DNA of 64,000 nucleotides, from positions 32,001-96,000 of the IMG/VR virus record IMGVR_UViG_3300025132_007963. The stretch is one strand, 5' to 3'. A program made the translations under genes and the position numbers. Below, piece after piece: positions 8,062 to 17,837 of this stretch. The first letter of the stretch is position 1. Every line of letters starts with the position of its first letter. Source of the DNA: a virus. The notes beneath the pieces are model-generated. The model did no database searches and had not been told where the DNA came from. It was given only the letters and a program-made list of their open reading frames with translations.

Positions 8062-10317
8062 TTAAAAAATACAAATTTGTAATTCAAAATTATATTTTGC
8101 TGACACCGTTTGGTAAAACCGTAGTTGGTTTTCTAAGCGCATGGCTTGTTCATCGGGGGCGCCTAGACATGCTTCGTCAATTATAGACATCAGGTTTTCA
8201 TACATTTGGTTTTGATTCCATGTCAATTCAAACTCCCTACCTCCGGTTTGATTTGCCCAGTGTGCCCAATTACCACTATTGTACGACGTTATAAAAGTAT
8301 AAAGTTTAAATCTTGTTATTCCAGTTAAAGTATTAGTTATTACTTCTGGTTCAATTTCAGGACGCATCCATGATTGGTCTGGCTCATCAGTGAACACAAT
8401 TACTATCTTGTCTACATTTTCTCTCCAGTTTATTTTAAACTCATCCTTGCTAGGTGTTGAAGCTGTATTGCAGCACCAATCAGAATTATCAATATCGAAA
8501 TCATCACTCGAAGAAATATTTTTAATAGAAAGATACAGAGCATCTCTAAGCATTTCAGTGCTTGTGTCCATTCTATCTGAATTTAAACCAACGAAAGCTG
8601 CTAAAAAATCCTCAAAGGGTGCAATGTCTGAAATTAGATATAATCTCTCTCTTTCTAGGTCGTCTGATCTAGGGCCAACAACCAAACCCCACTGGAGCTT
8701 ACCCTCGTCTTGAAATTGAGATGCAAACCTATTTAAAGCTGAGCGAACAGCTGCTATTTCATCGTCCATAGAACCGGACCAATCAATAATAAATAAGATA
8801 TCTGTATCTTTAATTTCTTCACCGTAGTCTGTAACACCATCGCAATCATTGTCTGCCCCATCGCATACCTCTTGAGATGGAACAATCTCATCCTTACAGA
8901 AGTCTCTCTGAAACCTGTCCCACCTGTCCATGTTGCCCCATTGGCCCTGGTTGCAGATCATGTTTCCAGTCTTACAAACTCCAACATCTAAAGTTTCAGT
9001 CGGGCCGGTGTAACAAGCAACTAGTAATTCTTCATCAACAGTTTGATCACAATCTTCATCAAAATTATTACAGATTTCATTCTGCACCGTCATACCTGTA
9101 TATGGATCACATTCTTGATTTGCTAACGTAGGCAATTGAGCGCAAAGTGCAAGACATTCAGACATAGTTAAATTAGTGCATTCAGGTGGGTCATTACACT
9201 CGCAAGTTTTAAAACCCTGACCGCATCTTAGTGGTGGCTCAGAACAAGGTATTAAAACCCCCACGTCTTGCACCGTACATTCACAATTTAGGCCCTCATC
9301 AATAAGCCCATCACAATCTTGATCTAGGCCGTCGCATGGGGCGACCTCCTCTGCTGGTTGAGGAACTGTACAGGATATCCAGTTGCCAAAAGAGCAGGTC
9401 TCTAAGCCAACACCACAAGCTGTTTCGCACTCTCTAACCAGCTCTTCATCAATTTGACCATCGCAGTCATCATCGATGCCATTACATTCATCTGCTGGAA
9501 CTGCCCCACACTTATCACATTCATTTCGCTGACCTTCGTCTATTCTTGTGTCGCAGTCATTATCCTCATAGTCACAAACTTCTTCGCCAGGATGCGGAGC
9601 GTCACAGTCAATTATTTGAGCGTCGACACAGAAACCCCAGCCCATACCGCATTCATTTTCACAAAGAAACCTTCCCTCGTCTATTCTATCATCACAGTCG
9701 TTGTCTTCGCCATCGCAGGCCTCATCTCGACAAGGTTGGCAAGGGCCATGAATTAAGTTTCCTTTATTACAGACAACTCTCTGCATCCCAAAGCGACCAT
9801 CTGCCAATTCGCAATCAAACCATTGAGTTTGATTAATCTCTGTATTAGGCGGACACTCAAAGGCTAGTTCACATTGTTCTCTACGGATAATTTGGGGTGG
9901 AGGACAGTCTTCGTCTAGACCAAAATCACAGGGCTGGTATGCGGCATCACAAACAGAGACGGTTACTCTTGAACGATGAATCTGATTGTCTGGGCGTGGC
10001 GGGCAGTACCACTGCTGTTGTTCACAACACTGTGGGTTGCAGCGACAATATAACTCAAAATCTGCTGGATTTTCATCACCCTCGCATTCGCTAACAAAGC
10101 CAACTTCGGAGACCGGGGGCAAAGTTGCGCCGCCCTGATCAAAAGGAGTAAAAACATCAATTGGCACCGTGCCGCCCGTAATCTCCGAGGTTTGGCCACC
10201 AACAGCAGAGGTTACTAACGTTGGTTCTGGTTCTGGCTTTGATTTAGCGTATTCGCTTTCTGGTGTTTTATCATTACAAGAGAATAAAAAAATTAATAAA
10301 AATAATACATGCCTCAT
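8062..10317 (-). CDS. lipoprotein with Cys-rich acidic (CDGxDxDCD) repeats and C-terminal vWA domain
   Basis: Signal peptide II MRHVLFLLIFLFS|C; six ExCDGxDxDCDxxxDE-like repeats; vWA MIDAS DWSGS and FTDEP. Confidence 0.85.
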   Translation of the reverse strand: MRHVLFLLIFLFSCNDKTPESEYAKSKPEPEPTLVTSAVGGQTSEITGGTVPIDVFTPFDQGGATLPPVSEVGFVSECEGDENPADFELYCRCNPQCCEQQQWYCPPRPDNQIHRSRVTVSVCDAAYQPCDFGLDEDCPPPQIIRREQCELAFECPPNTEINQTQWFDCELADGRFGMQRVVCNKGNLIHGPCQPCRDEACDGEDNDCDDRIDEGRFLCENECGMGWGFCVDAQIIDCDAPHPGEEVCDYEDNDCDTRIDEGQRNECDKCGAVPADECNGIDDDCDGQIDEELVRECETACGVGLETCSFGNWISCTVPQPAEEVAPCDGLDQDCDGLIDEGLNCECTVQDVGVLIPCSEPPLRCGQGFKTCECNDPPECTNLTMSECLALCAQLPTLANQECDPYTGMTVQNEICNNFDEDCDQTVDEELLVACYTGPTETLDVGVCKTGNMICNQGQWGNMDRWDRFQRDFCKDEIVPSQEVCDGADNDCDGVTDYGEEIKDTDILFIIDWSGSMDDEIAAVRSALNRFASQFQDEGKLQWGLVVGPRSDDLERERLYLISDIAPFEDFLAAFVGLNSDRMDTSTEMLRDALYLSIKNISSSDDFDIDNSDWCCNTASTPSKDEFKINWRENVDKIVIVFTDEPDQSWMRPEIEPEVITNTLTGITRFKLYTFITSYNSGNWAHWANQTGGREFELTWNQNQMYENLMSIIDEACLGAPDEQAMRLENQLRFYQTVSAKYNFELQICIF

Positions 10318-10319
10318 GA

Positions 10320-11027
10320 TTACTCCATGTGAGCTTTTTTGTATGCTTGTACAGAGTTAGGAAAATGTTTACTAGCAATAGAGAGACAAGCCTCTGCAAC
10401 CCTTTGTATCTCCCATTGTGCGCCACCATGAGATCTTAAAGATACGAATTTCAATAGATTATGCAAATTAACAGTTCCATAATATTCTGTATATAAGTTT
10501 TGAGGCAATATACCTCTAGCTTGCTCTCGGCATATGCCCGACTTAATCATAGATTCATACAGAGATAATGATATTGCATGGTGGTTTTTGACCATGTTGC
10601 TGGTAGGTCCATTCATTTCAAAAGAGTGGTCCTTACCTGTACAATTAACTATCGGATCAACTAAACTATCAGTGCTAGCTTGTCTATTCGATTGGTGTTG
10701 TCCTCTGAACATTTCGGGTTCATAGAATTTCATATCGACTGAAGTATACCTTCTGCTAATCTCGTTATAGGCCCAGGTTCTATGTCGATGATGTTGAGAT
10801 CTTATAAACAAAGGAACGACAAAACGCATAGTAATTGCACAGTGCTCAAAAGGACTGGTGTGATTATGAGACATGAGATAGTTAATTAGTTTAGTATCTT
10901 TTTCATCTAGTTCCTGTTTCTGTGCGCCAAAACTTACACGTGCAGCATTAACCACAGATAAATCACTACCCATGTGAGAGATATACTCCACGGAACCAAC
11001 TTTATCATCGTATAAATAAATCTTCAT
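10320..11027 (-). CDS. thyX: FAD-dependent thymidylate synthase
   Basis: NAARVSF, HTSPFEH, signature RHRTWAYNEISRRY, EQARGILP, NLLKFVSLR. Confidence 0.96.
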   Translation of the reverse strand: MKIYLYDDKVGSVEYISHMGSDLSVVNAARVSFGAQKQELDEKDTKLINYLMSHNHTSPFEHCAITMRFVVPLFIRSQHHRHRTWAYNEISRRYTSVDMKFYEPEMFRGQHQSNRQASTDSLVDPIVNCTGKDHSFEMNGPTSNMVKNHHAISLSLYESMIKSGICREQARGILPQNLYTEYYGTVNLHNLLKFVSLRSHGGAQWEIQRVAEACLSIASKHFPNSVQAYKKAHME

Positions 11028-11345
11028 TTAACCGTTGTTCTCTAAAATACCTAAAACGTGATTTTCTAAAACTAGAAAAAAAGTTTTATCACCATGTTTA
11101 ACTTCCTCAATCATCGCTCGATGAACTATGATGTCGGAACTTTTGCCAGTGAAGGCTAACTTAAGTTCTCTAAATGTCTTATTACAGTCATCAGCAATAT
11201 CCACAACAGTCGCTGGGATATACTTTTCTTCAACTGGTCGGTAATCCTCTGGTAGGAGAACCTGGCTATCTTCCTCTTTTCGAAAGTGTGGTACAACCAA
11301 TATGTGTCGGTTCGTTGGTTTAAGATTATTAAATCTAGACATCAA
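11028..11345 (-). CDS. GroES/gp31-like co-chaperonin
   Basis: LKPTNRHILV, mobile-loop-like SQVLLP, ATVVDIA, and C-terminal TFFLVLENHVLGIL. Confidence 0.78.
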   Translation of the reverse strand: MMSRFNNLKPTNRHILVVPHFRKEEDSQVLLPEDYRPVEEKYIPATVVDIADDCNKTFRELKLAFTGKSSDIIVHRAMIEEVKHGDKTFFLVLENHVLGILENNG

Positions 11346-11601
11346 TACCTCCTACACCTCGTTTGACTTGGTTAAAATAATCAGTTAGTTGCTCAATATC
11401 CGTATCAGATTTCATTAATCTGTATGCCCTAATAGCCAATCTCATTTCCTCTTTTGAAAGCCATGAATTTTCATTGTAGCTTTCCCTAAGATCTCTCTTT
11501 TGCTCCTTGAAAGGCTCAATTGCCTCTTCTAGGGCGACAAAAGATTTAATAAAATTTAAGATGTGTTGCTCCTTGGTTAGCAACTGATCGTCTTCTTGCA
11601 T
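11335..11601 (-). CDS. GapR/DUF2312 or T4 DsbA-like small dsDNA-binding protein
   Basis: Helical pattern ILNFIKSFVALEEAIEPFKEQKRDLRESY...EMRLAIRAYRL resembles GapR/DsbA. Confidence 0.55.
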   Translation of the reverse strand: MQEDDQLLTKEQHILNFIKSFVALEEAIEPFKEQKRDLRESYNENSWLSKEEMRLAIRAYRLMKSDTDIEQLTDYFNQVKRGVGGIDV

Positions 11602-11629
11602 TATAACTCCTTTTTTGTTTTGTTTTTAT

Positions 11630-11658
11630 ATAGTAAAATATTTTTTTTGAAAAGTCAA
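11630..11658 (-). promoter_or_regulatory. sigma70-type promoter
   Basis: TTGACT-17 nt-TACTAT upstream of 11601. Confidence 0.8.
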
Positions 11659-11659
11659 G

Positions 11660-11863
11660 CTATTTTTTAATGCCAAACTTAAATCTATACCAGGCTCTTT
11701 CATGCAAATAATAAAGCACTGTTTTTGTTACGATTTCTAGAGCACCCAGAGATGCACCAAGAGCCACATCACCCGTGAGCAGCCAACCTAGGCACATTGT
11801 GTCTATGGTGCCAACCACTCTCCAAGTAAAAGCTTTTGCAATATGTCTTTCGTGTCTTACCAT
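11660..11863 (-). CDS. DUF2061-family small membrane protein
   Basis: RHIAKAFTWRVVGTIDT...KTVLYYLHERAW. Confidence 0.8.
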   Translation of the reverse strand: MVRHERHIAKAFTWRVVGTIDTMCLGWLLTGDVALGASLGALEIVTKTVLYYLHERAWYRFKFGIKK

Positions 11864-11871
11864 TTAAAATC

Positions 11872-13734
11872 CTATACAAATTTTACTTCACAAGCACCAC
11901 CGGCACAGGCCAGCTCACCAGTTAAATCAGTGTTATCTTCTTCTTCGTTAACCATGGTTAAATCGATGTCACTCAAAAGATCAAACATGGCATCATATTT
12001 TTCTTTCGAGCAGTCTTCAAAAGGCGCTTGGACATAGCTCCCTCCATCGTAAGGCAATACCGATAAGCCATTGTAGCAACCTCTATTATCCCACATCCAT
12101 TCGCCTACGTCAAGCCATTCTGCATCTTTTATAGAAATTGTTGCAGAAACATTATGGGTATTTTGTCCCTTACTATGACCTGGCTTAACCCAATTATCCG
12201 TAATGTGTTTAACGCGTTTCAATAATTGCAGTGCGGATTCTGTTCTCAGCATTGCTCCAGCTGGGGCTTTTTGTGGCACGGATATCACAGCGGTGTCATG
12301 TGGTCTGAAGTATTCATCTTCTATTAAGTCTGGGCAGTTGTTTTTTAAATAACTGTAGATAGCTTCATTTTTTCCAACTCTTAAGCGTCGAATATAATAT
12401 TCAGAATGCCAAGCATGAATTCCAGAACTTGTCCCCAAAGTTAGTGAAGTTGTCCCGGCTGGCTTAACACATGTAGTTCTTGATGCTTTGTTTATACCTA
12501 ACATTTTTGCAACTCTTTCATTTTCAAGCTTAACTTGTTTTGCTGCAGCTTTCATATCAAGTTCTGTAACCAACCCAGAAGCAATGCCTGTCATTGATAC
12601 ACCAACAAGTGCATCTTTTTCTGTTGTTCTTCTCCAGATATCTCTTAGATAGTGAAAGTCAGTATAGCTAGCTTGTAAAGTACCAATGAAAGCTGCACAA
12701 CGAACACGATCTTCCAAATCTTCTTGACCCTCTACGTTAGAAACGTTAACCTCAGTAAGATTGCAAAATTGAAATGGCCGCAAAGCAATTTCGCAACATG
12801 GATTTGTACCCCAATCCTTATCGTTTGAAAAGTAAAAACCTGGCTCGCCGGCACCAGATGCTTTTACGCGATCCCATAAGCTCATAAAATATTCTTTGTT
12901 AATTTTATGTCTCAATAAGACAACAGAGTTATTTGCCCTGCCTCTTTGAGGATTTTTCTCGTACCAAGTACCCGATTTTGCAGAAATCATTTCTTGGTCA
13001 GACGCTGAAAATAGTGATATTAGAGCGGCTCGGCGGATACCTCCTGCTAAAACTGCATCTGCAATGTGACAAACAATATCATGTACCTCGATGGGTGATA
13101 GCTTGTCACCGTTGTCCTTCTCAGAAAGCATGCCTTCAAGTTTTACCAAGCATTCGCGAAGTGGTTGTGGCCCAGGAGCTTTACCGCCAGAAGTTATCAA
13201 CCTAGCACCCTTTGGTCTGATGTCTGAGTAGTCAAAGCGCAGTCTTGACCCACCATAAAAGTAAGTTCTCATCAACGCTTTCACTGCGTCGGCCCAGCCC
13301 TCAATTGAATCATTTACAAGAAATCTTCTAGTTCTTTTTGGGTTTGGCTTAAGTATTTCAGGCAACTTTTCAACATGATGTTTTTGCACACTATAGCCAA
13401 CTCCAGTTCCGCCAAGCAATAAGAACATCGCCTCTGAGAATGATCGCCAATCATCAATTGGCATGTACGCACAATTAAAAATTCTATTTGGAGCTACTTC
13501 TATCGGTTTACCGCCAAACTGCATTGATCTCATTGAAGGTAACACTTTCTTTTCTAAAACGAATTTATAATTTTTCCTAATTTGAAGCTCTAACTCTGGA
13601 AACTTCTTGATATGCATCGCCATATTACGATTTACTAATTCTTCCCAGTTTTCCCTTCTATTTTCGTCCTCTAAAAATCTAGCGTATTTCATGTGAACAG
13701 TTATATCTGACAGTATTTTACTTGATAGCTCCAT
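11872..13734 (-). CDS. nrdJ: class II (B12-dependent) ribonucleotide reductase, monomeric type
   Basis: PSMRSMQF, IFNCAY, TNPCCEI, FCNLTE, TCVKPAGTTS and C-terminal ACAGGACEV; no beta subunit gene nearby. Confidence 0.95.
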   Translation of the reverse strand: MELSSKILSDITVHMKYARFLEDENRRENWEELVNRNMAMHIKKFPELELQIRKNYKFVLEKKVLPSMRSMQFGGKPIEVAPNRIFNCAYMPIDDWRSFSEAMFLLLGGTGVGYSVQKHHVEKLPEILKPNPKRTRRFLVNDSIEGWADAVKALMRTYFYGGSRLRFDYSDIRPKGARLITSGGKAPGPQPLRECLVKLEGMLSEKDNGDKLSPIEVHDIVCHIADAVLAGGIRRAALISLFSASDQEMISAKSGTWYEKNPQRGRANNSVVLLRHKINKEYFMSLWDRVKASGAGEPGFYFSNDKDWGTNPCCEIALRPFQFCNLTEVNVSNVEGQEDLEDRVRCAAFIGTLQASYTDFHYLRDIWRRTTEKDALVGVSMTGIASGLVTELDMKAAAKQVKLENERVAKMLGINKASRTTCVKPAGTTSLTLGTSSGIHAWHSEYYIRRLRVGKNEAIYSYLKNNCPDLIEDEYFRPHDTAVISVPQKAPAGAMLRTESALQLLKRVKHITDNWVKPGHSKGQNTHNVSATISIKDAEWLDVGEWMWDNRGCYNGLSVLPYDGGSYVQAPFEDCSKEKYDAMFDLLSDIDLTMVNEEEDNTDLTGELACAGGACEVKFV

Positions 13735-15106
13735 TGTTGTTCTCCTTCTTGTATGATTTATATTTTTCTTTCAAAGTCTGTAATTGTTCTTTAGCACTCT
13801 TCTCTACTATGTCCTCTACAGTGTCGCCGGTTGGTGGCAGCACTTTAATCTTAACACAACTAGTGTCCATGAAAATTGGATAGACTAATCCATCCGGCCC
13901 ATTGCGGTTTTTTGCAATGAACACACGACCACCATTCGTATTTTTATCTTTTACGGTTCGCGATACAGAAAAGATAAAGTCCGCAACGAAACATTTATTA
14001 AATGCTTCAGATATAGACTCCATTGTAATTACTTCGGCATTCAATCCAGATCGATTTGTTTGAGATGCAGTCCAAAGTGGACACTCATTTATCTGTGCAA
14101 TTCCTCGTAACTCCTCATAAATAGTCTCTAGTTGATGTCTTTTCTCCTCTTTTCTAGAAGAAAATGGTTTTATTAGATCTCCATAATCTACAATGATTAA
14201 GTCGGGTACAAAATCTCTTGTTTTCATTTTTTCTAAATGCGTTTTAATTGTCTGAATAGATGCGGATCTGGTTGGATATTCTTTTACAATAAGCCTACCT
14301 TTAACATCCTGCAGTTCTTCATATATCTTCTCTTTGAATACAGTAAGATTTTTTAATTCAACGCCTGTAATGGCACTGTCATACCTGCTAGCAACAACAG
14401 TATCTGCTAATTCTAGTGTATAATGTATAACATTCTTTCCCGCTAACAAGGCATGAGCCCCTAGGTGAACTAATACCATAGACTTTCCAGCACCGGTGGG
14501 AGCTATCACCACACCAAGTTCACCTTTTCCTAGGCCACCTTTGTTGATGTCATCTATTTGTTGCCAACCGGTTGTTACTGGGTTGCGTTCCTTAATTTGA
14601 AATCTTCTTTCAAAATCTTTAATATAATCGTAGCCAAAATTATTATCCGTACCCAACTTTATTGCATCATTAATAATCTTGCTAACTTCATCAAAAGAAG
14701 ATCTTTTAATCAAATCAACCGACTTAATTAAAGCTTCTTTTAGTTTTTGTTTTTTGCAAAAGTCAAGGGCAGTGTTCTTTATATATTCTGAACCCTCTGG
14801 TTCTAGTCGACTTGCAAGAACTCTAGCATAATAATCTCTTATTCTAATTTGAATAGATTCATTTTCATTCTGAAACTCTGTTCTGATAATAGATTTCATT
14901 ATTTTCTCTGTTGGGTGTACACCATACCTGTCGCGATAGTTTATAATCTTCTTGATAAAAACTCTTAAATACTTTAATTCCAAGAAGTTAATGTCTAATA
15001 CTTCAAACATTTGATCAGCGAATGGCCGATCAGTTAAAATTAATTGACAGAGATCCTCTTGAAAAGATTTTCCAAACTTAGAAAAATCTTCTCTATCTTG
15101 TTCCAT
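13718..15106 (-). CDS. dnaB: DnaB-like replicative helicase
   Basis: Walker A APTGAGKS, IIVDYGDL, TASQTNR, IAKNRNGP. Confidence 0.92.
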   Translation of the reverse strand: MEQDREDFSKFGKSFQEDLCQLILTDRPFADQMFEVLDINFLELKYLRVFIKKIINYRDRYGVHPTEKIMKSIIRTEFQNENESIQIRIRDYYARVLASRLEPEGSEYIKNTALDFCKKQKLKEALIKSVDLIKRSSFDEVSKIINDAIKLGTDNNFGYDYIKDFERRFQIKERNPVTTGWQQIDDINKGGLGKGELGVVIAPTGAGKSMVLVHLGAHALLAGKNVIHYTLELADTVVASRYDSAITGVELKNLTVFKEKIYEELQDVKGRLIVKEYPTRSASIQTIKTHLEKMKTRDFVPDLIIVDYGDLIKPFSSRKEEKRHQLETIYEELRGIAQINECPLWTASQTNRSGLNAEVITMESISEAFNKCFVADFIFSVSRTVKDKNTNGGRVFIAKNRNGPDGLVYPIFMDTSCVKIKVLPPTGDTVEDIVEKSAKEQLQTLKEKYKSYKKENNNGAIK

Positions 15107-15146
15107 GGTTTACCACCTTACATTTAATTTAGAATAACACGTGTGC

Positions 15147-16124
15147 TTAGAAAACAGAAGTAAAAAATTTAGATACCATCTTATTAAAGCACTCATTAAG
15201 ATCATTTAAGGTGACCTCACCAGCACCATCTTTAATCATCAGGGCCTTTAGCCCTGTTTTATTGAACTCCGGAACATGGTTTTCCATGGTTGTTTCAATC
15301 AGGGTCTTTCTTTGTACTGATATACAAGGAGAATAAAGCTGCATAATTTTATAGTTTTCTTTAATCAATTCTCTTTGTTCGATAACCTTGTCATAAATTT
15401 TTAACTTGCCTTTGTTCTCTTCTGAGTGAGAAATCAAATCCTCCAAGAAACATTCTTTTTCTTCAACAAGAAAGGGGAATCTTTTGGATGCAGTCTGTAA
15501 TCCTACTCCTGGAACACCTGGTAGGTTATCGCTTTTGTCACCGGCCATTGCCCGGGCTATTGCAAAGTTTGTTGGATGTATACCAAACTTATCAATCACA
15601 ATTTTCTCAGTTAATATTTCATCTTGTGTGGGTCTGTATAGGATAGTCTTCTTGTTTAAGAGTTGAATAAAGTCCTTATCACTAGACACGATCACTTTTT
15701 GCCAATCTGAAAAACTGGTTAAATTACAGACATACGATATCACATCATCTGCTTCAACTTGAGGCTCCATGAATTGTATAATAGGAGTTTGGTTTAGGTA
15801 ATCTATTACTCTTAATTGCTGCCAAATCTTATTTTCTGCTTCTTCATCTTCAGACAAGTGTCTGATATCCCTGTTAAGCCTCAGTGGTTTTCGACCTGCT
15901 TTGTAATCTTTATTAATTGCACGTCTTTTGTTTGATCCACCCTCACCATCCCAGACAACCACAATCATGTCTGGCTTAATGTTTCTTGTCAGTTTATTAA
16001 GAATCTTCAAAAAACCTTTACAACCACCAATTGGTTGGCCATTTTGGGATAGGCTTGGATCAACTATATATGATCTTAAAAACTGGTTGTGAGCATCAAC
16101 AACCATTAATCTATTATTTGACAT
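15147..16124 (-). CDS. 5'-3' exonuclease / flap endonuclease (T4 RNase H-like)
   Basis: VVDAHN, WDG, YKAGR, EADDVI, SSDKDFIQL, GDKSDNLPGVPGVG. Confidence 0.92.
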   Translation of the reverse strand: MSNNRLMVVDAHNQFLRSYIVDPSLSQNGQPIGGCKGFLKILNKLTRNIKPDMIVVVWDGEGGSNKRRAINKDYKAGRKPLRLNRDIRHLSEDEEAENKIWQQLRVIDYLNQTPIIQFMEPQVEADDVISYVCNLTSFSDWQKVIVSSDKDFIQLLNKKTILYRPTQDEILTEKIVIDKFGIHPTNFAIARAMAGDKSDNLPGVPGVGLQTASKRFPFLVEEKECFLEDLISHSEENKGKLKIYDKVIEQRELIKENYKIMQLYSPCISVQRKTLIETTMENHVPEFNKTGLKALMIKDGAGEVTLNDLNECFNKMVSKFFTSVF

Positions 16125-16138
16125 CTTTTTCCTTTCAT

Positions 16139-16173
16139 AAAAAAAGCGCTTTAAGTATTATAACCTAAAGCGC
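16139..16173 (-). terminator. intrinsic terminator-like hairpin after recA, overlapping a promoter
   Basis: GCGCTTTA / TAAAGCGC stem followed by a T run on the minus strand. Confidence 0.6.
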
Positions 16174-16185
16174 ATTAGAGGTCAA
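16157..16185 (-). promoter_or_regulatory. sigma70-type promoter
   Basis: TTGACC-17 nt-TATAAT upstream of the exonuclease gene. Confidence 0.88.
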
Positions 16186-16200
16186 GAGTTTAGTTAGAAA

Positions 16201-17325
16201 CTAATCTTCTTCTGGTTTTTCAGATTCATAAAAATCTTCTGCTTTACCTTCACGATTTTTGAATTTTTTAATTACATCATCGTCAATAATAGACAGAACA
16301 CTTTCTCTGAAGTTTTCATTTTTGAGTTTTTGTGTCCAACCCTTTCTCTGAAATCTTTCTTCTGTGCCGTCATTCAAAACCAGGGTAAACCAAGCACCAG
16401 ACTGTTTAAGTCTTTCGGATATTTGAATTGCTTCAAACCAACTCTCTTCATCTTGAATACCAACAGTATCTGTGTTACCCCAAAGAATTTTGAAATTGCA
16501 ATGTCGACCAGCTGTTCCAAACCTAGACTTCTCTAGTTTTGCCTTAACTTCTGATCCTACCCTAAAGCCATTATCGTCCGTGACATAAGATGCCTTGGAC
16601 TTTCTACCAGTTAGCCATACTCGCAAAGAATATGCGTAATGCATGGCCTTGCCACCAGGAGTAACCCATGGCGTAACCATGGCTTCAGCTGGGGTTCTGG
16701 TAATGTTTGTCTTAAGCTGATTTAAGACAACAAATGTTGCTTGCTTGTTAGCAATGGGAACAGTTAGTTTTGACATGCCCTTTGATAAAATTCTTGGCTT
16801 AACTGCCATTGAAGATTGCGGATTGAAATCCCCTTCAATATCAGATATTGATGGTGTTAAGGCTAAAGAATCCCAGATAAACAGCCATTTGTTATCTGTG
16901 CTTAATAATTCTTCAATTGTTTCAAGCACAAACTCAACACTCTCAGCTTGTAGATAAATTAATTTACTTAAATCACAACCTGACTTTTGCAAAAAATCAG
17001 AATCAATAGCTGATTCGCTATCAAAATAAGCAACATCCATACCCATTTTTTGAGCATTAGCTGCTATTTGTGCCGCCATAAAAGATTTACCTGTAGCCTC
17101 AAGTCCTGCAATTTCTGTTACCTTTCCAACCGGTACACCGGCTAGCTTACCTTTGCATATAATGGAATCCAACCAGCGTGAACCAGTTGAAATCCATTCT
17201 TTTACATCGGTAGGGTTTTCTTCTTCTAGGCTGTGGGCAATTTCTCTGCCTGTTTTCTTATTAATCAGCTTTCGAATATCACCCAGCGATAATTTTCCGG
17301 TTCTTATTTTACTTACTTTTGCCAT
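16201..17325 (-). CDS. recA: RecA/UvsX recombinase
   Basis: Walker A GLEATGKS, FDSESA, IWDSLA, LNQLK, TPGGKA. Confidence 0.95.
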   Translation of the reverse strand: MAKVSKIRTGKLSLGDIRKLINKKTGREIAHSLEEENPTDVKEWISTGSRWLDSIICKGKLAGVPVGKVTEIAGLEATGKSFMAAQIAANAQKMGMDVAYFDSESAIDSDFLQKSGCDLSKLIYLQAESVEFVLETIEELLSTDNKWLFIWDSLALTPSISDIEGDFNPQSSMAVKPRILSKGMSKLTVPIANKQATFVVLNQLKTNITRTPAEAMVTPWVTPGGKAMHYAYSLRVWLTGRKSKASYVTDDNGFRVGSEVKAKLEKSRFGTAGRHCNFKILWGNTDTVGIQDEESWFEAIQISERLKQSGAWFTLVLNDGTEERFQRKGWTQKLKNENFRESVLSIIDDDVIKKFKNREGKAEDFYESEKPEED

Positions 17326-17327
17326 GC

Positions 17328-17771
17328 TTACTCACTAATGTTCATAACTTCAATTTCAAAATTTAAGCTTTTACCAGCCATAGGGTGGTTCAAGTCTAGC
17401 TCAACATTTGAATCTGAAAAAGAATTGATAGTGGCAATAAATGGTCGACCCTCCATGTCCCTGCCCTGAATTACCTCACCGATTTGAAAATTAAAATCCG
17501 GTGGGAATGCATTTTGCGGCACTGTTTGCACAAGTTCTGGATTTAGATCTCCATAAGCCTGCTCCGGGGAGAGTTTAATATTTTTAACCTCACCCAACTT
17601 CATTCCAACAACTGCTGAGTCGAAACCAGAAATCATTTGTCCTGATCCAACCTCAAAAGTAATCGCCTCGTTACGTTCCCGGGAGCTATCAAACTGTGTA
17701 CCGTCATCCAGTGTCCCAACATAGTGAACATCAACTGTCCTTCCGCTCAATACTTTTCTCAACTTACCCAT
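17328..17771 (-). CDS. FKBP-type peptidyl-prolyl isomerase (SlyD-like, no His-rich tail)
   Basis: VHYVGTLDDGTQFDSS, GFDSAV, AYG, DLNHPMAGKSLNF. Start reassigned to 17771 (GGAGAG RBS); track start is 17804. Confidence 0.93.
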   Translation of the reverse strand: MGKLRKVLSGRTVDVHYVGTLDDGTQFDSSRERNEAITFEVGSGQMISGFDSAVVGMKLGEVKNIKLSPEQAYGDLNPELVQTVPQNAFPPDFNFQIGEVIQGRDMEGRPFIATINSFSDSNVELDLNHPMAGKSLNFEIEVMNISE

Positions 17772-17787
17772 TATATTCTCTCCTTTA

Positions 17788-17821
17788 TAAAAAATTAGAG
17801 GCACCTGTAACCCCGTGCCTC
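17788..17821 (-). terminator. hairpin/terminator downstream of ssb
   Basis: GAGGCAC...GTGCCTC stem followed by TAATTTTTT. Confidence 0.6.
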
Positions 17822-17837
17822 CCTGCGGTGTAAAAAA

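Noticed and set aside
2790-15106. Inteins or group I introns in dnaE, nrdJ or dnaB
   Set aside because: Lengths are ordinary, motifs are contiguous, and no splice-junction or homing endonuclease motifs were seen.
15127-15146. ACGTGTTATT(C/G)T shared with 30184-30195 as an extra promoter class
   Set aside because: Only two copies, an extended -10-like look and no good -35; too weak to call.
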